Shown here: in pieces, positions 37,006-46,113 of the stretch
Position numbering within the stretch: the first letter of the stretch is position 1
Layout of the letters: every line of letters begins with the position of its first letter
Assembly (NCBI GenBank): GCA_944391465.1
Contig: CALXTS010000002.1
Span: 21,250-85,249 of the forward strand
Direction: 5' to 3'
Length of the DNA stretch: 64,000 nt
Source of the DNA: an uncultured Alphaproteobacteria bacterium
GTDB lineage: Bacteria > Pseudomonadota > Alphaproteobacteria > RF32 > CAG-239
Program-made: the position numbers and the translations under genes
The notes under the pieces: generated by a model
Seen by the model: only the letters and a program-made list of their open reading frames with translations
Database searches by the model: none
What the model was told of the DNA's origin: nothing

Positions 37006-38796
37006 CTAACGTAATAAGCATTCTGTTTTAGCAGCTCTTAATTCATTACAGATATTTCTGAAACCGCCGTTTACGGAACTAACCAACAAGCGATACCAAA
37101 TTTTACCATCAACATGAGAGCGCTCAATTTGAGGCATATAGCTTTTAAGTCCTGAAAAACGAGAAGTCAAATCTTGCCATGTTTCTGTTGCATTTTGTTT
37201 TTTCTCAAAAGAACCGAGCTGCATAATTTTATATTTATCAGCTTCCGGAGCATAGGGTTCAAACATACTTTCGGTTTTATTTAAATTAACGGCAGGTACG
37301 GCTTTTTTTGAAGAAGATTTTCCGTCAATAAGTCTTTCCAGCCAATTTTCACCTTTTGCCCAATAATTTTTTTCATTATCAATCGGCTTACTTTGTTTTA
37401 ATTTCTGTTCAGCTGCAGCCAACATCCGAACAACATCCTCATTAAAACCAACCTTCAAAACCTGTTCAATATCTTTTAACGGAGCTTTCAACAATCTTTT
37501 TGTATAAGGAGAAAATCCGGCTTCAAAATACAACGTCCGTAAAGCAACAGCTCTTTCAGCCTTAATTTGAGACAACGTATATTCTTCTTGCATCAAGGCG
37601 ATTCGCAAGTTCAATAACTCTATTTTCTTCTCACTATTCAAACGAGATTTTCTTTCAAGCTCATTAATTTTTTTCTTAAGCGTTTTAATTTTATCTGAAG
37701 TCAATTTATAATCAATATCCGCCAACCGAACCAATTTATAGTTAACTTTAATTTGCGCTAAAATAGCATTTCCTAAAACATCAAAGGCCTGTTCTTGTAA
37801 TTTATTTTTCTGTTGGACATCATTTTCATTATTATAAGCACTAACGGCATCGATTAAATCATTGGCATTTTGCAAAGCTCTTTCTTGCAGTTGGGTACTA
37901 TACAAACGATGATCAATATCCAAACCGTTAATATCCAAACGTTCAACGTCTTCATACATCAGATTTGTACTTTGCTTAACCTCATCAAAAGAATATGTTT
38001 TGACCAACTCTTTGGCAACCGCAAACTCCGTTCGATTATTCACGGCAGATTCTTGAAAAATTTCTACGCTGTAATTTTTATCAAAATCTTCAAGTTCATA
38101 AAAATGGCGTCCGGCGAAATCGACTTTACTTGTTAACATATTTGTCAATTCGCCGTATTCAGCTAAATTCATTGCTAATTTTTGCTGCAGTTCATTTAAA
38201 TTTAGCAATGCAACTTCCAAACCCTTTTTATATTCCAAATCATCACGAGTCAATTTACCGGTTCTTTCCAGTTTAGCGTTTATCTCCGCAAGTTTCTTTT
38301 GTTCTTGCTTTGCTAGACGATTAATTTCTTTAATTTTCCTACTGGCATACCAAGCATCTTGATGAGTTCTTATTGCGGCAAGAGTCAAATGTTGTGCCGC
38401 TCTCGTATAAAACAAGTTGTCAACAAAGCCTTTTTTGTTATTAAGATTTGCCGTTGCATACAAGGTTGCATACTCCAGAGCATTTGAAACTTCATACAAA
38501 GGTGTCGTATTATCAAATTTTATATTCATAATATTCTGAAGAACGTTGCGCGGTTTTTGATTAGGGTCAAAAATTTTTTTATTTAGATTCGCACTTGCGT
38601 TATCAACATTATATTTAGCCGCTCTTGCCATAGAAGTATAAACATCTACTTTACCCTTAACAGCTTCCGGCTCTGCACGAAAAACCAACTCATCTTCTTT
38701 AACCGCAGGAGTTTTATCAGCATCATCGAGCGCACAGCCGCATAAGAACAAACAGGTCAAAAACAGTGCATTTCCGGAAAATTTCACATACTTCAT
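37006..38796 (-). CDS. Lipoprotein with TolC/OMF-like helical body and C-terminal SPOR domain
   Basis: Lipobox LFLCGC after MKYVKFSGNALFLT. OMF-like start (VDVYTSMARAAKYNVDNASANL) and long heptad-rich segments. C-terminal SPOR pattern YKIMQLGSF...A...W..L...GKIWYRLLV...CNELRAAKTECLL. Confidence 0.6.
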   Translation of the reverse strand: MKYVKFSGNALFLTCLFLCGCALDDADKTPAVKEDELVFRAEPEAVKGKVDVYTSMARAAKYNVDNASANLNKKIFDPNQKPRNVLQNIMNIKFDNTTPLYEVSNALEYATLYATANLNNKKGFVDNLFYTRAAQHLTLAAIRTHQDAWYASRKIKEINRLAKQEQKKLAEINAKLERTGKLTRDDLEYKKGLEVALLNLNELQQKLAMNLAEYGELTNMLTSKVDFAGRHFYELEDFDKNYSVEIFQESAVNNRTEFAVAKELVKTYSFDEVKQSTNLMYEDVERLDINGLDIDHRLYSTQLQERALQNANDLIDAVSAYNNENDVQQKNKLQEQAFDVLGNAILAQIKVNYKLVRLADIDYKLTSDKIKTLKKKINELERKSRLNSEKKIELLNLRIALMQEEYTLSQIKAERAVALRTLYFEAGFSPYTKRLLKAPLKDIEQVLKVGFNEDVVRMLAAAEQKLKQSKPIDNEKNYWAKGENWLERLIDGKSSSKKAVPAVNLNKTESMFEPYAPEADKYKIMQLGSFEKKQNATETWQDLTSRFSGLKSYMPQIERSHVDGKIWYRLLVSSVNGGFRNICNELRAAKTECLLR

Positions 38797-38810
38797 GGGC
38801 AACTCTTCCA

Positions 38811-38865
38811 ATGTAACAATATGTAACAAGAATTTAAAAGCTTTTTACCAAATTTCTTGTTATAT
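38811..38865. promoter_or_regulatory. Tandem plus inverted 10-mer repeats (operator-like) upstream of the lipoprotein gene
   Basis: ATGTAACAAT-ATGTAACAAG in tandem (38811-38830). The inverted copy CTTGTTATAT (38856-38865) matches 9 of 10 positions. Confidence 0.3.
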
Positions 38866-38907
38866 GTAAACTAATAAATTTATGAACTTTATATAAAGGT
38901 AAAACTC

Positions 38908-39927
38908 ATGAACGAAACGATTAAGGTTGCCGTTATCGGCGCCGGCATGATGGGAAAGAACCATCTGAAAACCTATAAAACATTAAACGGCGTTGAGCTT
39001 GTCGGTGTTTACGACATTTTTCCCGAAAGCTGTCAAAAAGCCGCCGAAATGTTTGGGATTAAAGCATTTTCATCTATGGAAGAAGTAGCCGCCAACGTTG
39101 ATGCCGTCAGTGTTGTAACAACGTCAATCACGCATTGTGAAGTTGGCGAATTTTTCTTAAATAAAGGCATCCACTGCTTAATGGAAAAACCCTTAGCAAC
39201 CACGGAAGCCGAATGCCAAAGACTCATAAGCGCTGCAAAACGCAATAATGTAACCTTACTCGTTGGGCATATTGAGCAATTCAATCCGGCCGTAGAACAA
39301 ATGCACAAGATTCTTTCAGACACATCTAAAATTTGTTCTTTAACGGCTCAACGTATGTCTGCCGCAAGCGGCCGCATTACGGACGTTGATGTTTCTATGG
39401 ACTTGATGATTCACGATATTGAAGTTATCCAATCTTTGGTAAAATCAAAAGTATCTAATATTCAGGCAGCTGCAGTCAAAACTCCTCTCAGCCCGAATGG
39501 TAAAGATTATATTACAGCGGTATTGGAATTTGAAAATGGCGTAACTGCCAACATTACAGCTAGCCGCATAACCCAAGCCCGTGTCAGAACCTTATCAGTC
39601 ACGACGGATACCAACTATATTGATATGGACTTTATCAACCAAAGCATCAATGTTCACACTCAAGGACGCATGCCTTACGTCAATCAAGAAGAAATTCCGG
39701 AATGGATGCACTATGGCTTGAAAGGAAGTGTCGAACAGTTGTTTATCCCGACAAATCAACCCTTGCAGGCAGAACTGACACACTTTATCAACTGCGTTAA
39801 AGGCAAAGAAACACCTCGCATTACCGGAGAAAACGCTCTTGACGCATTGCGTGTTATTTGGAAAATACAAGAAAAACTTGGTTTTTTTGCCCAAGACAAT
39901 AATGCACTCAAAATTGCCGCGGAATAA
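38908..39927 (+). CDS. Gfo/Idh/MocA family NAD(P)-dependent oxidoreductase
   Basis: Rossmann motif VAVIGAGMMGKNH. EKP motif (LMEKPLA). 339 aa. Confidence 0.85.
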   Translation: MNETIKVAVIGAGMMGKNHLKTYKTLNGVELVGVYDIFPESCQKAAEMFGIKAFSSMEEVAANVDAVSVVTTSITHCEVGEFFLNKGIHCLMEKPLATTEAECQRLISAAKRNNVTLLVGHIEQFNPAVEQMHKILSDTSKICSLTAQRMSAASGRITDVDVSMDLMIHDIEVIQSLVKSKVSNIQAAAVKTPLSPNGKDYITAVLEFENGVTANITASRITQARVRTLSVTTDTNYIDMDFINQSINVHTQGRMPYVNQEEIPEWMHYGLKGSVEQLFIPTNQPLQAELTHFINCVKGKETPRITGENALDALRVIWKIQEKLGFFAQDNNALKIAAE

Positions 39928-39949
39928 AAAACTTGCCAAAACCGTTTTT

Positions 39950-39980
39950 AAGGAGCATAAAAACTTATGCTCCTTTTTTT
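39950..39980 (+). terminator. Rho-independent terminator
   Basis: 11-bp stem AAGGAGCATAA / TTATGCTCCTT with loop AAAC, followed by a T-tract. Confidence 0.7.
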
Positions 39981-39997
39981 GATAGAAAGTTTTTTCA

Positions 39998-40804
39998 ATG
40001 CGTTATAAAGCGACTTTAGAATATGACGGAACAGATACATTAGGCTGGCAAAGACAACTTGACGGCCCCAGCTTGCAAGAATATCTTGAAACGGCAATTT
40101 CCTGTTTTCTGGGATACACAAGAATAAGCGCCGATGAATGCGGAAACGTTGACAATCCGTTTTTAAAATACGGTAAGGAGCCTCCCATTGAAGTTTTTTG
40201 TGCTGGCAGAACCGATGCCGGTGTTCATGCACTAGCCCAGGTTGTTCATTTTGATATAGATACACAAATACCGGAATGGAAACTCCGTGAAGCCTTAAAT
40301 GCGCATTTAAGAATAGCTGAAGCTCCAATGAGTATTCTGCAAATAGAAAAAGCATCGCCGGAATTTCATGCACGTTTTTCAGCCAAAGGTCGAGGTTATA
40401 TCTATAGGATTCTAAACCGGAGAGCTTTTCCTGTTTTAGAAAAAAACCGTGTTTGGTGGGTAGGTGTCCCTTTAGATGTAGAAAAAATGCAACAAGCGGC
40501 TCAGTACCTTTTGGGGCATCATGATTTCAGTTCTTTCAGAGCGGCCGCATGTCAGGCAAAATCTCCGATAAAAACTCTGGATAAACTAGATATCATAGCC
40601 AATGGTGATGAAATTCGTTTTATTGTAGAAGCACGTTCTTTTTTGCACCACCAAGTTCGCAACATGGTCGGAACACTTAAAATGGTAGGAGACGGACATC
40701 TCCGACCGGAAGATGTCAAAAGGATTCTTGAAGCAAAAGACAGAAAACAAGCCGGAGCAACAGCCCCTGCCTGCGGTTTATATTTGAGCAAAGTTGTTTA
40801 TTGA
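39998..40804 (+). CDS. truA: tRNA pseudouridine(38-40) synthase TruA
   Basis: YDGT...GWQRQ at the N-terminus. Catalytic GRTDAGVHA. Confidence 0.9.
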   Translation: MRYKATLEYDGTDTLGWQRQLDGPSLQEYLETAISCFLGYTRISADECGNVDNPFLKYGKEPPIEVFCAGRTDAGVHALAQVVHFDIDTQIPEWKLREALNAHLRIAEAPMSILQIEKASPEFHARFSAKGRGYIYRILNRRAFPVLEKNRVWWVGVPLDVEKMQQAAQYLLGHHDFSSFRAAACQAKSPIKTLDKLDIIANGDEIRFIVEARSFLHHQVRNMVGTLKMVGDGHLRPEDVKRILEAKDRKQAGATAPACGLYLSKVVY

Positions 40805-41346
40805 TTATTTTCAAATTCTAAAACTTTAACAACAACATCATAATCAAAGCCGGCGCGCACCAAAATAGCCATATCCTTGCTTCTACGCTCTTTCCGAACC
40901 TCTTCACTAATACTATAAGGACCGATATGCTTTTTGCGCGCTAACTTTAAAGCCGCATCAAACGGATTATACTCTTCTAAATCCATTAATCGCTCAGCGG
41001 TTTCTTCAGCAACACCTTTCTCTCGTAATTTATTTATAATATAACGAGGCGATTTTCCGGCTGCGATATAATTCTTAATTTTAATTTCGCTATAGCGCTC
41101 ATCATTAAGATAATTTTTATCTTCAAAATCATGCAAAATTTCTTCAATCCACTGATAAGCCTGTGCTTTATCAAAATTTTTCTCTTGTTTTGCATAATCA
41201 TTAACACGCCTCTGCAAAACCGAGCGCAGATTCGCGACAGAACTTTCAAACCTTTTCAAATAATAAAGAGCAATATTTCTAAGGCGTTGTTGCGTAATTT
41301 TACGTACGACCTTAGTTTTTTTCTGAACTTTATCCTCTTCAAACAC
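40798..41346 (-). CDS. recX: RecA regulator RecX
   Basis: Three-repeat helical RecX pattern (ALYYLKRFESSVANLRSVLQRR...). 182 aa. Confidence 0.8.
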   Translation of the reverse strand: MFEEDKVQKKTKVVRKITQQRLRNIALYYLKRFESSVANLRSVLQRRVNDYAKQEKNFDKAQAYQWIEEILHDFEDKNYLNDERYSEIKIKNYIAAGKSPRYIINKLREKGVAEETAERLMDLEEYNPFDAALKLARKKHIGPYSISEEVRKERRSKDMAILVRAGFDYDVVVKVLEFENNQ

Positions 41347-41414
41347 TTGAAAAAACTCCCGTCTTAGATTATACCCATACTAAATCATAATCATTATACA
41401 GAGGAATTTTCATA

Positions 41415-42344
41415 ATGCCTACACAAAACATTCAAAATTTTGATAGCTGTGTGTCTTTTTTTATCAAAAACGGAACCTATCAAGGACGATTAATCCGTTT
41501 AAATAAAGTATTAGATGAAATTTTAACAAGACATGCCTACCCTCTCCCCGTTTCTGCCGTTTTAGCAGAAAATACGGTTTTGGCCACAATGCTTGCCAGC
41601 ACAATAAAATATGAAGGTCTCTTCACACTGCAAACCCAAAGTAACGGACCTGTATCAATGATTGTCGTTGACGTTACCTCTGAAGGCAAAATCAGAGGCT
41701 ATGCACGCTATGATGAAAACCATTTAAATAAAAACCAAGAACTTCGGAAAACCCGCGGACAAATAGAACCATCCCCTCACTTAATGGGAAACGGCTACCT
41801 TGCTTTTACGGTTGACCAAGGCTCTAAAACAGATCTATACCAAGGCATTGTTGATTTACAAGGAAAAACTCTAAGTGAATGCGCTTTGAGATATTTCAAA
41901 CAATCAGAACAAATAGACACGGATATTAAATTATTTTTACAAGCACCTACAGGAGAATCAAAACACTGGCTCGGAGCCGGAATCATGCTCCAAAAAATGC
42001 CTCTTAAAGGCGGAAATAACTCTATTGAAGAAGACGATGCCAAAGAAGCATGGGAAGAAGCAAAAATTTTCATGGAAAGTCTAAATGCAGATGAAGTATT
42101 CAATTCTGCCCTAAACGCACAAGACATCTTGCATCGTCTGTTCCACGCACATGATCTGCAAATTTTCAACTCACGTAATTATGAATTCAAATGCCGTTGC
42201 AACCGAGAAAAATTACTAAATACATTAAGCAGTTTTTCGGAAGAAGAAATAAATTCAATGATTGAAAATAATAAAATTTCGGCAACCTGCCAATTTTGCT
42301 CGGAGCAATACACCTTTGAACGAGGAGAAATCATAAAACAATAG
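41415..42344 (+). CDS. hslO: Redox-regulated chaperone Hsp33
   Basis: C-terminal zinc centre CRC...CQFC. Hsp33 N-domain pattern. Confidence 0.9.
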   Translation: MPTQNIQNFDSCVSFFIKNGTYQGRLIRLNKVLDEILTRHAYPLPVSAVLAENTVLATMLASTIKYEGLFTLQTQSNGPVSMIVVDVTSEGKIRGYARYDENHLNKNQELRKTRGQIEPSPHLMGNGYLAFTVDQGSKTDLYQGIVDLQGKTLSECALRYFKQSEQIDTDIKLFLQAPTGESKHWLGAGIMLQKMPLKGGNNSIEEDDAKEAWEEAKIFMESLNADEVFNSALNAQDILHRLFHAHDLQIFNSRNYEFKCRCNREKLLNTLSSFSEEEINSMIENNKISATCQFCSEQYTFERGEIIKQ

Positions 42345-42377
42345 TTTAACCAGTTTTTAATTAATCCCAATTATTAT

Positions 42378-42408
42378 AAAAGAGTTCCCGAGGGGACTCT
42401 TTTGTTTT
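42378..42408 (+). terminator. Hairpin terminator after hslO
   Basis: AGAGT-CCC / GGG-ACTCT stem followed by TTTTGTTTT. Confidence 0.55.
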
Positions 42409-42431
42409 ATACAGAAAATGGAAATAAGAAG

Positions 42432-43055
42432 ATGAATACGCTAAAAAGAATTTTACCTGCCTTTGTTCTGACGCTTGCTCTGTGCGGCTGTGCAACAATA
42501 TTCGGCACCAGTGATGAAGAAGTCAAAAAATACGATGAACCCCGTTTTACAACGGAAGAGCCAATAAAACTCAAAGTTAATAAAATTGACGTAAAATCAG
42601 AGTTTACCCCATCTTTCACACGACCGAATGTTGAGCATCTTTTCCCGATTTCAATAGAAAAAACAGCCGAAAATTGGGGTCACGACCGTCTGGAAGCTGC
42701 TGATTTTTCCAGCGACAAGATTGCCGAAGTCATCATCAGAGATGCCAGCGTAACTGAAAAAAATGAAAAGAATGCAGATTTCTTCAACAAAGACCGCGTA
42801 AAATATCGAGCAACCTTAAACGTCGTTGTAAAAGTTATTGATCCGACCAACCTTTCAAGAGCAGAAACAGAGGTAGAAGCATGGAGAGAACTTATTATTC
42901 CGGCAGATACCAGCATTTCTGAAAAAGAGCAGTACTGGAACGGAATGGTAACCAAATTGTTTAATGACTTCAACGCCAAAATGACAGCAAATATCTACCA
43001 ATACTTAAACATGCATGTCGTTGACGGAGAATCAAAACCGACATATCTTAATTAA
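42432..43055 (+). CDS. Lipoprotein, hypothetical
   Basis: MNTLKRILPAFVLTLALCGCA lipobox. An alternative TTG start at 42402 is possible. Confidence 0.6.
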   Translation: MNTLKRILPAFVLTLALCGCATIFGTSDEEVKKYDEPRFTTEEPIKLKVNKIDVKSEFTPSFTRPNVEHLFPISIEKTAENWGHDRLEAADFSSDKIAEVIIRDASVTEKNEKNADFFNKDRVKYRATLNVVVKVIDPTNLSRAETEVEAWRELIIPADTSISEKEQYWNGMVTKLFNDFNAKMTANIYQYLNMHVVDGESKPTYLN

Positions 43056-43464
43056 GTACTCTTGAATAGGCTTGTTTACGAACAGATAAATTAAAAGTAG
43101 GGATTCGAATATCCTTAGCGCAATTCTGTCCCTCCGCCAAAACTTTACAACTTCCGTAAAAAACGGCGTTAGCGGACTTAAGAGGAGCCTCGGAAGTAAA
43201 TTCAAAACACTCTCCCGGCTCCAATTCAGGAAGTTCGCCTTTGAAACCGGCAGAAGTATCAGAATAGCGATTTCCCAAATCATCGGTAATGTTCCAATCT
43301 TTACCGATGATTTGTATTTTATGGTCAGAGTTATTCTCAATACACAGATAATAACCCCACATAAAATCTTGATTAACATTTTTCTGAGATTCCATCAAAA
43401 CCGGACAAGCCGAAACAATAATTCCATCTGTCTGGCTGACTGAAAAGTCCTCATTGTCAATCAT
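43048..43464 (-). CDS. apaG: ApaG (DUF525) protein
   Basis: ApaG pattern ...WNITDDLGN...GELPELEPGECFEFTS.... Confidence 0.8.
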   Translation of the reverse strand: MIDNEDFSVSQTDGIIVSACPVLMESQKNVNQDFMWGYYLCIENNSDHKIQIIGKDWNITDDLGNRYSDTSAGFKGELPELEPGECFEFTSEAPLKSANAVFYGSCKVLAEGQNCAKDIRIPTFNLSVRKQAYSRVLN

Positions 43465-43621
43465 TTTCCAACTCCGCTTATTCTTTAACTATATATTAAG
43501 GAATAATTAACCTTTTTTTGATTCGCAAGCGAGAGTCAGATTTACACACAAACTTATCCCCAATAATCTTTTAATATAAAATTTATCTTGATATTCAAAA
43601 TATTAGCATTTTAGGAGTCGC

Positions 43622-43656
43622 AAAAAAAGAGCCTCTGACAAAATGGCAGAGGCTCA
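43622..43656 (-). terminator. Rho-independent terminator after carD
   Basis: GAGCCTCTG / CAGAGGCTC stem with a T7 tract on the minus strand. Confidence 0.65.
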
Positions 43657-43673
43657 ACCTAAAAAAACAAAAC

Positions 43674-44183
43674 TTACTGCTTAGATAAAACGTCCAACAA
43701 TTTTTTTGTTGCCGCATCTGAAGTTATATTTTCACAAACCGCATATTCATTAGCAAGACGATCCAAAGCCTGCTCATAAATCTGCCGTTCGCTATAAGAT
43801 TGCTCAGCTAAATTTTCGCTACGATACAAATCTCTGATAACCTCAGCAATAGCAACCGGACTACCGGAATTAATTTTATTTTCGTATTCTTGAGCACGTC
43901 TAGACCACATAACTTTTTTAGTTTTTGCTTTACCTTTAAGAGTATTTAAAGCATCGGCCATTGTGCCGGCCTCTGAAATTTTTCTGAGACCAGAAGTCTC
44001 CGCCTTCGCTACGGGGATTCTCAAAGTCATTTTATCTTTATCAAAATTAACAACAATTAACTCCAACTCCGAACCCGCCACAGTCTGTTTTGTAACATCA
44101 GCCACGCGACCAACACCATGAGCGGGATAAACAACATACTCACCGGAGCAATATGGATTTTTTACTGAAATTTTTTTATTCAT
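43674..44183 (-). CDS. carD: CarD/CdnL family RNA-polymerase-binding regulator
   Basis: YVVYPAHGVGRV Tudor-like N-domain. I placed the start at the ATG preceded by GGAGAA. Confidence 0.85.
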   Translation of the reverse strand: MNKKISVKNPYCSGEYVVYPAHGVGRVADVTKQTVAGSELELIVVNFDKDKMTLRIPVAKAETSGLRKISEAGTMADALNTLKGKAKTKKVMWSRRAQEYENKINSGSPVAIAEVIRDLYRSENLAEQSYSERQIYEQALDRLANEYAVCENITSDAATKKLLDVLSKQ

Positions 44184-44349
44184 GATTCTCCACCGATTAA
44201 TTTTTTCAATTGCACAACTAAGTCTTTTTGCTAGAAACACCGATAACATACCACAAAAAAAGCATTAAATCTAGTCAAAAAATAAATTTTGTCAAAAAAA
44301 TTATTAACCAATAATTAAATAAGCAATAATAAAATCAAAGGAGTTCAAC

Positions 44350-46113
44350 TTGATAGGGCATAAAAAGATGAAAAAGAACATACAAAGTCTCATATTGTTA
44401 CTCCTTATTTTTTTGACAAATACTGCTTTTGCTGCAGTTGTTCCGGATTATGCCCAAAACAAATACCAAAACAAAGAATTGAGTCGCGCAGAAAAAAAAT
44501 GCATTGAAGAGGGTTACAATGTTACCTACGCGAGCTGCGGAAAAATGACTGCACCGACAGAACGTTGCCCGCATCACGACAACTACTATAAAAGTTGTTC
44601 TCAAGAACAATGGTGCAAAAATAATAACTATCGCTTTACAGAAGCCGAATGCACACGACCGCTTTATCCGATAAAAATGTGTGATAACGGATACCACCTA
44701 TACCGCCAATGCAAAGAAAATATTATAAAGGCCTGTGAAGAAGAAGGTTTCACATCCGAAGAAAAGTGCAAACTTACTGAAAAAAGATGCCCTTATTCAA
44801 AAAATTATGGAATATGTTGCGATTCTTGTCCGCAATTTTCACATGAATTAAACAATATTCCCGTAGGATACATTGCATTCGGAGACACCTGCACAACCTG
44901 CGATGATATCGTTAAAACCAATGTCATTCCGGCGCCTTGCGAAGGTTACATCAGTTGCCCTTATGGTCCTGAAAATCCTAATACCCCCTCTTGCCAACAA
45001 GCAGAAAAAATACTTTATAATGCCTGCAAAACTTCCAACACATACTGTATAGAAAACGGATATGCTTCAGATATTTGTAAAGATGTTGAAGACTTTGAAG
45101 TTTGCCCAGAAAATGATGGCTATCTGCGTTGTAAAACAAATTGCTTAAAAGTTGCAAAAAAAGCCTTTCCCAAAGCAGATATCTTTTCCAAAGATATAAC
45201 CAATCCTGAAATCAATTTACAAAATGACGAGATTCGGAGTCTGATTGGCTTAAAACATACAGACTGCCGAATTGAAAATCGTCCGACAATTACATTAAAT
45301 ATTAATAGCAAGAGCTATGAGATATATCAGTCGATTTTCAAACGTAAAATCAGCAACATTAACTTCAAAATCAATTTTGAAGAACCATTACAACTTCCTG
45401 CCGACGGAATATTTGAAAATGTTAAAATTGACTTCAGCGGCAATCTGCCGGAGTGTCCGTTAAGCTCAAAAATTACCGAGATTAAAGGAACTGTCAGCAT
45501 GAATAATGCTCCTCAACTTTGTCTCGGATTAAAAATTACCAATGAAGCCAAGTTTATCTCAGACGGAGGAATAACTGGAAACATTGAACTGGGAGATGAC
45601 GCAACACTAGGGCTTAAAGGAGACTTAAACGGCTCTTTGCAAACCGGAAACTATTCTCAAGTCCTGATAAAAGGCAGTCTAACATTTAAAGATGAATTTA
45701 ATAGTCAAGCAGATGACATGAGTATTGTTTTTGGATGCAACAGCAAAAACAAAATAGAAAAAGGTATCATTGCCGACACATCATCAATTTACCTCAAATC
45801 CTGGGCAAATCTTGATACACCAAGCATCAGTCTGCATTCAACCAGCGACAATCCCAACTTGCCGAATAGTTTAGCATCAATTCACATGTACAAATGGAGT
45901 AAAATTTTTACAAGCTACGGAAGTGGTGACAATGCCGTAATCTATCCGATTAACGAAAATGACAATGCTACCGGATGTGATGATAAATATTACCAACATC
46001 TTGGTTCGGCTGTCCAACAAAACGAACAAACCATGGTTATAGAACCGGCCAATTTGATTGAAGACAAATGGCAATGCCGTGAAAGAACCAATAAACAACT
46101 ATCGTGCAATTAA
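44350..46113 (+). CDS. Secreted cysteine-rich modular protein, hypothetical
   Basis: The TTG start lies 6 nt after AAAGGAG (alternative ATG at 44368). Signal peptide ...LILLLLIFLTNTAFA. About 25 Cys occur between residues 51 and 265. The C-terminal half is beta-rich. Confidence 0.6.
   Translation: MIGHKKMKKNIQSLILLLLIFLTNTAFAAVVPDYAQNKYQNKELSRAEKKCIEEGYNVTYASCGKMTAPTERCPHHDNYYKSCSQEQWCKNNNYRFTEAECTRPLYPIKMCDNGYHLYRQCKENIIKACEEEGFTSEEKCKLTEKRCPYSKNYGICCDSCPQFSHELNNIPVGYIAFGDTCTTCDDIVKTNVIPAPCEGYISCPYGPENPNTPSCQQAEKILYNACKTSNTYCIENGYASDICKDVEDFEVCPENDGYLRCKTNCLKVAKKAFPKADIFSKDITNPEINLQNDEIRSLIGLKHTDCRIENRPTITLNINSKSYEIYQSIFKRKISNINFKINFEEPLQLPADGIFENVKIDFSGNLPECPLSSKITEIKGTVSMNNAPQLCLGLKITNEAKFISDGGITGNIELGDDATLGLKGDLNGSLQTGNYSQVLIKGSLTFKDEFNSQADDMSIVFGCNSKNKIEKGIIADTSSIYLKSWANLDTPSISLHSTSDNPNLPNSLASIHMYKWSKIFTSYGSGDNAVIYPINENDNATGCDDKYYQHLGSAVQQNEQTMVIEPANLIEDKWQCRERTNKQLSCN
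44500..45144 (+). repeat. Protein-level repeats: 4-5 copies of a ~33-aa four-Cys module
   Basis: Cys at 51/63/73/83 and at 89/101/111/121 have identical 12/10/10 spacing. Related sets occur at 129/140/147/156 and 233/243/252/261. Recurring C-x-[EN]-x-G-[YF] and C-P...Y..C. Confidence 0.5.

Noticed and set aside
43032-43379. 115-aa minus-strand ORF overlapping apaG in another frame.
   Set aside because: The ApaG frame shows clear family motifs. The alternative frame is hydrophobic nonsense with no independent signals.
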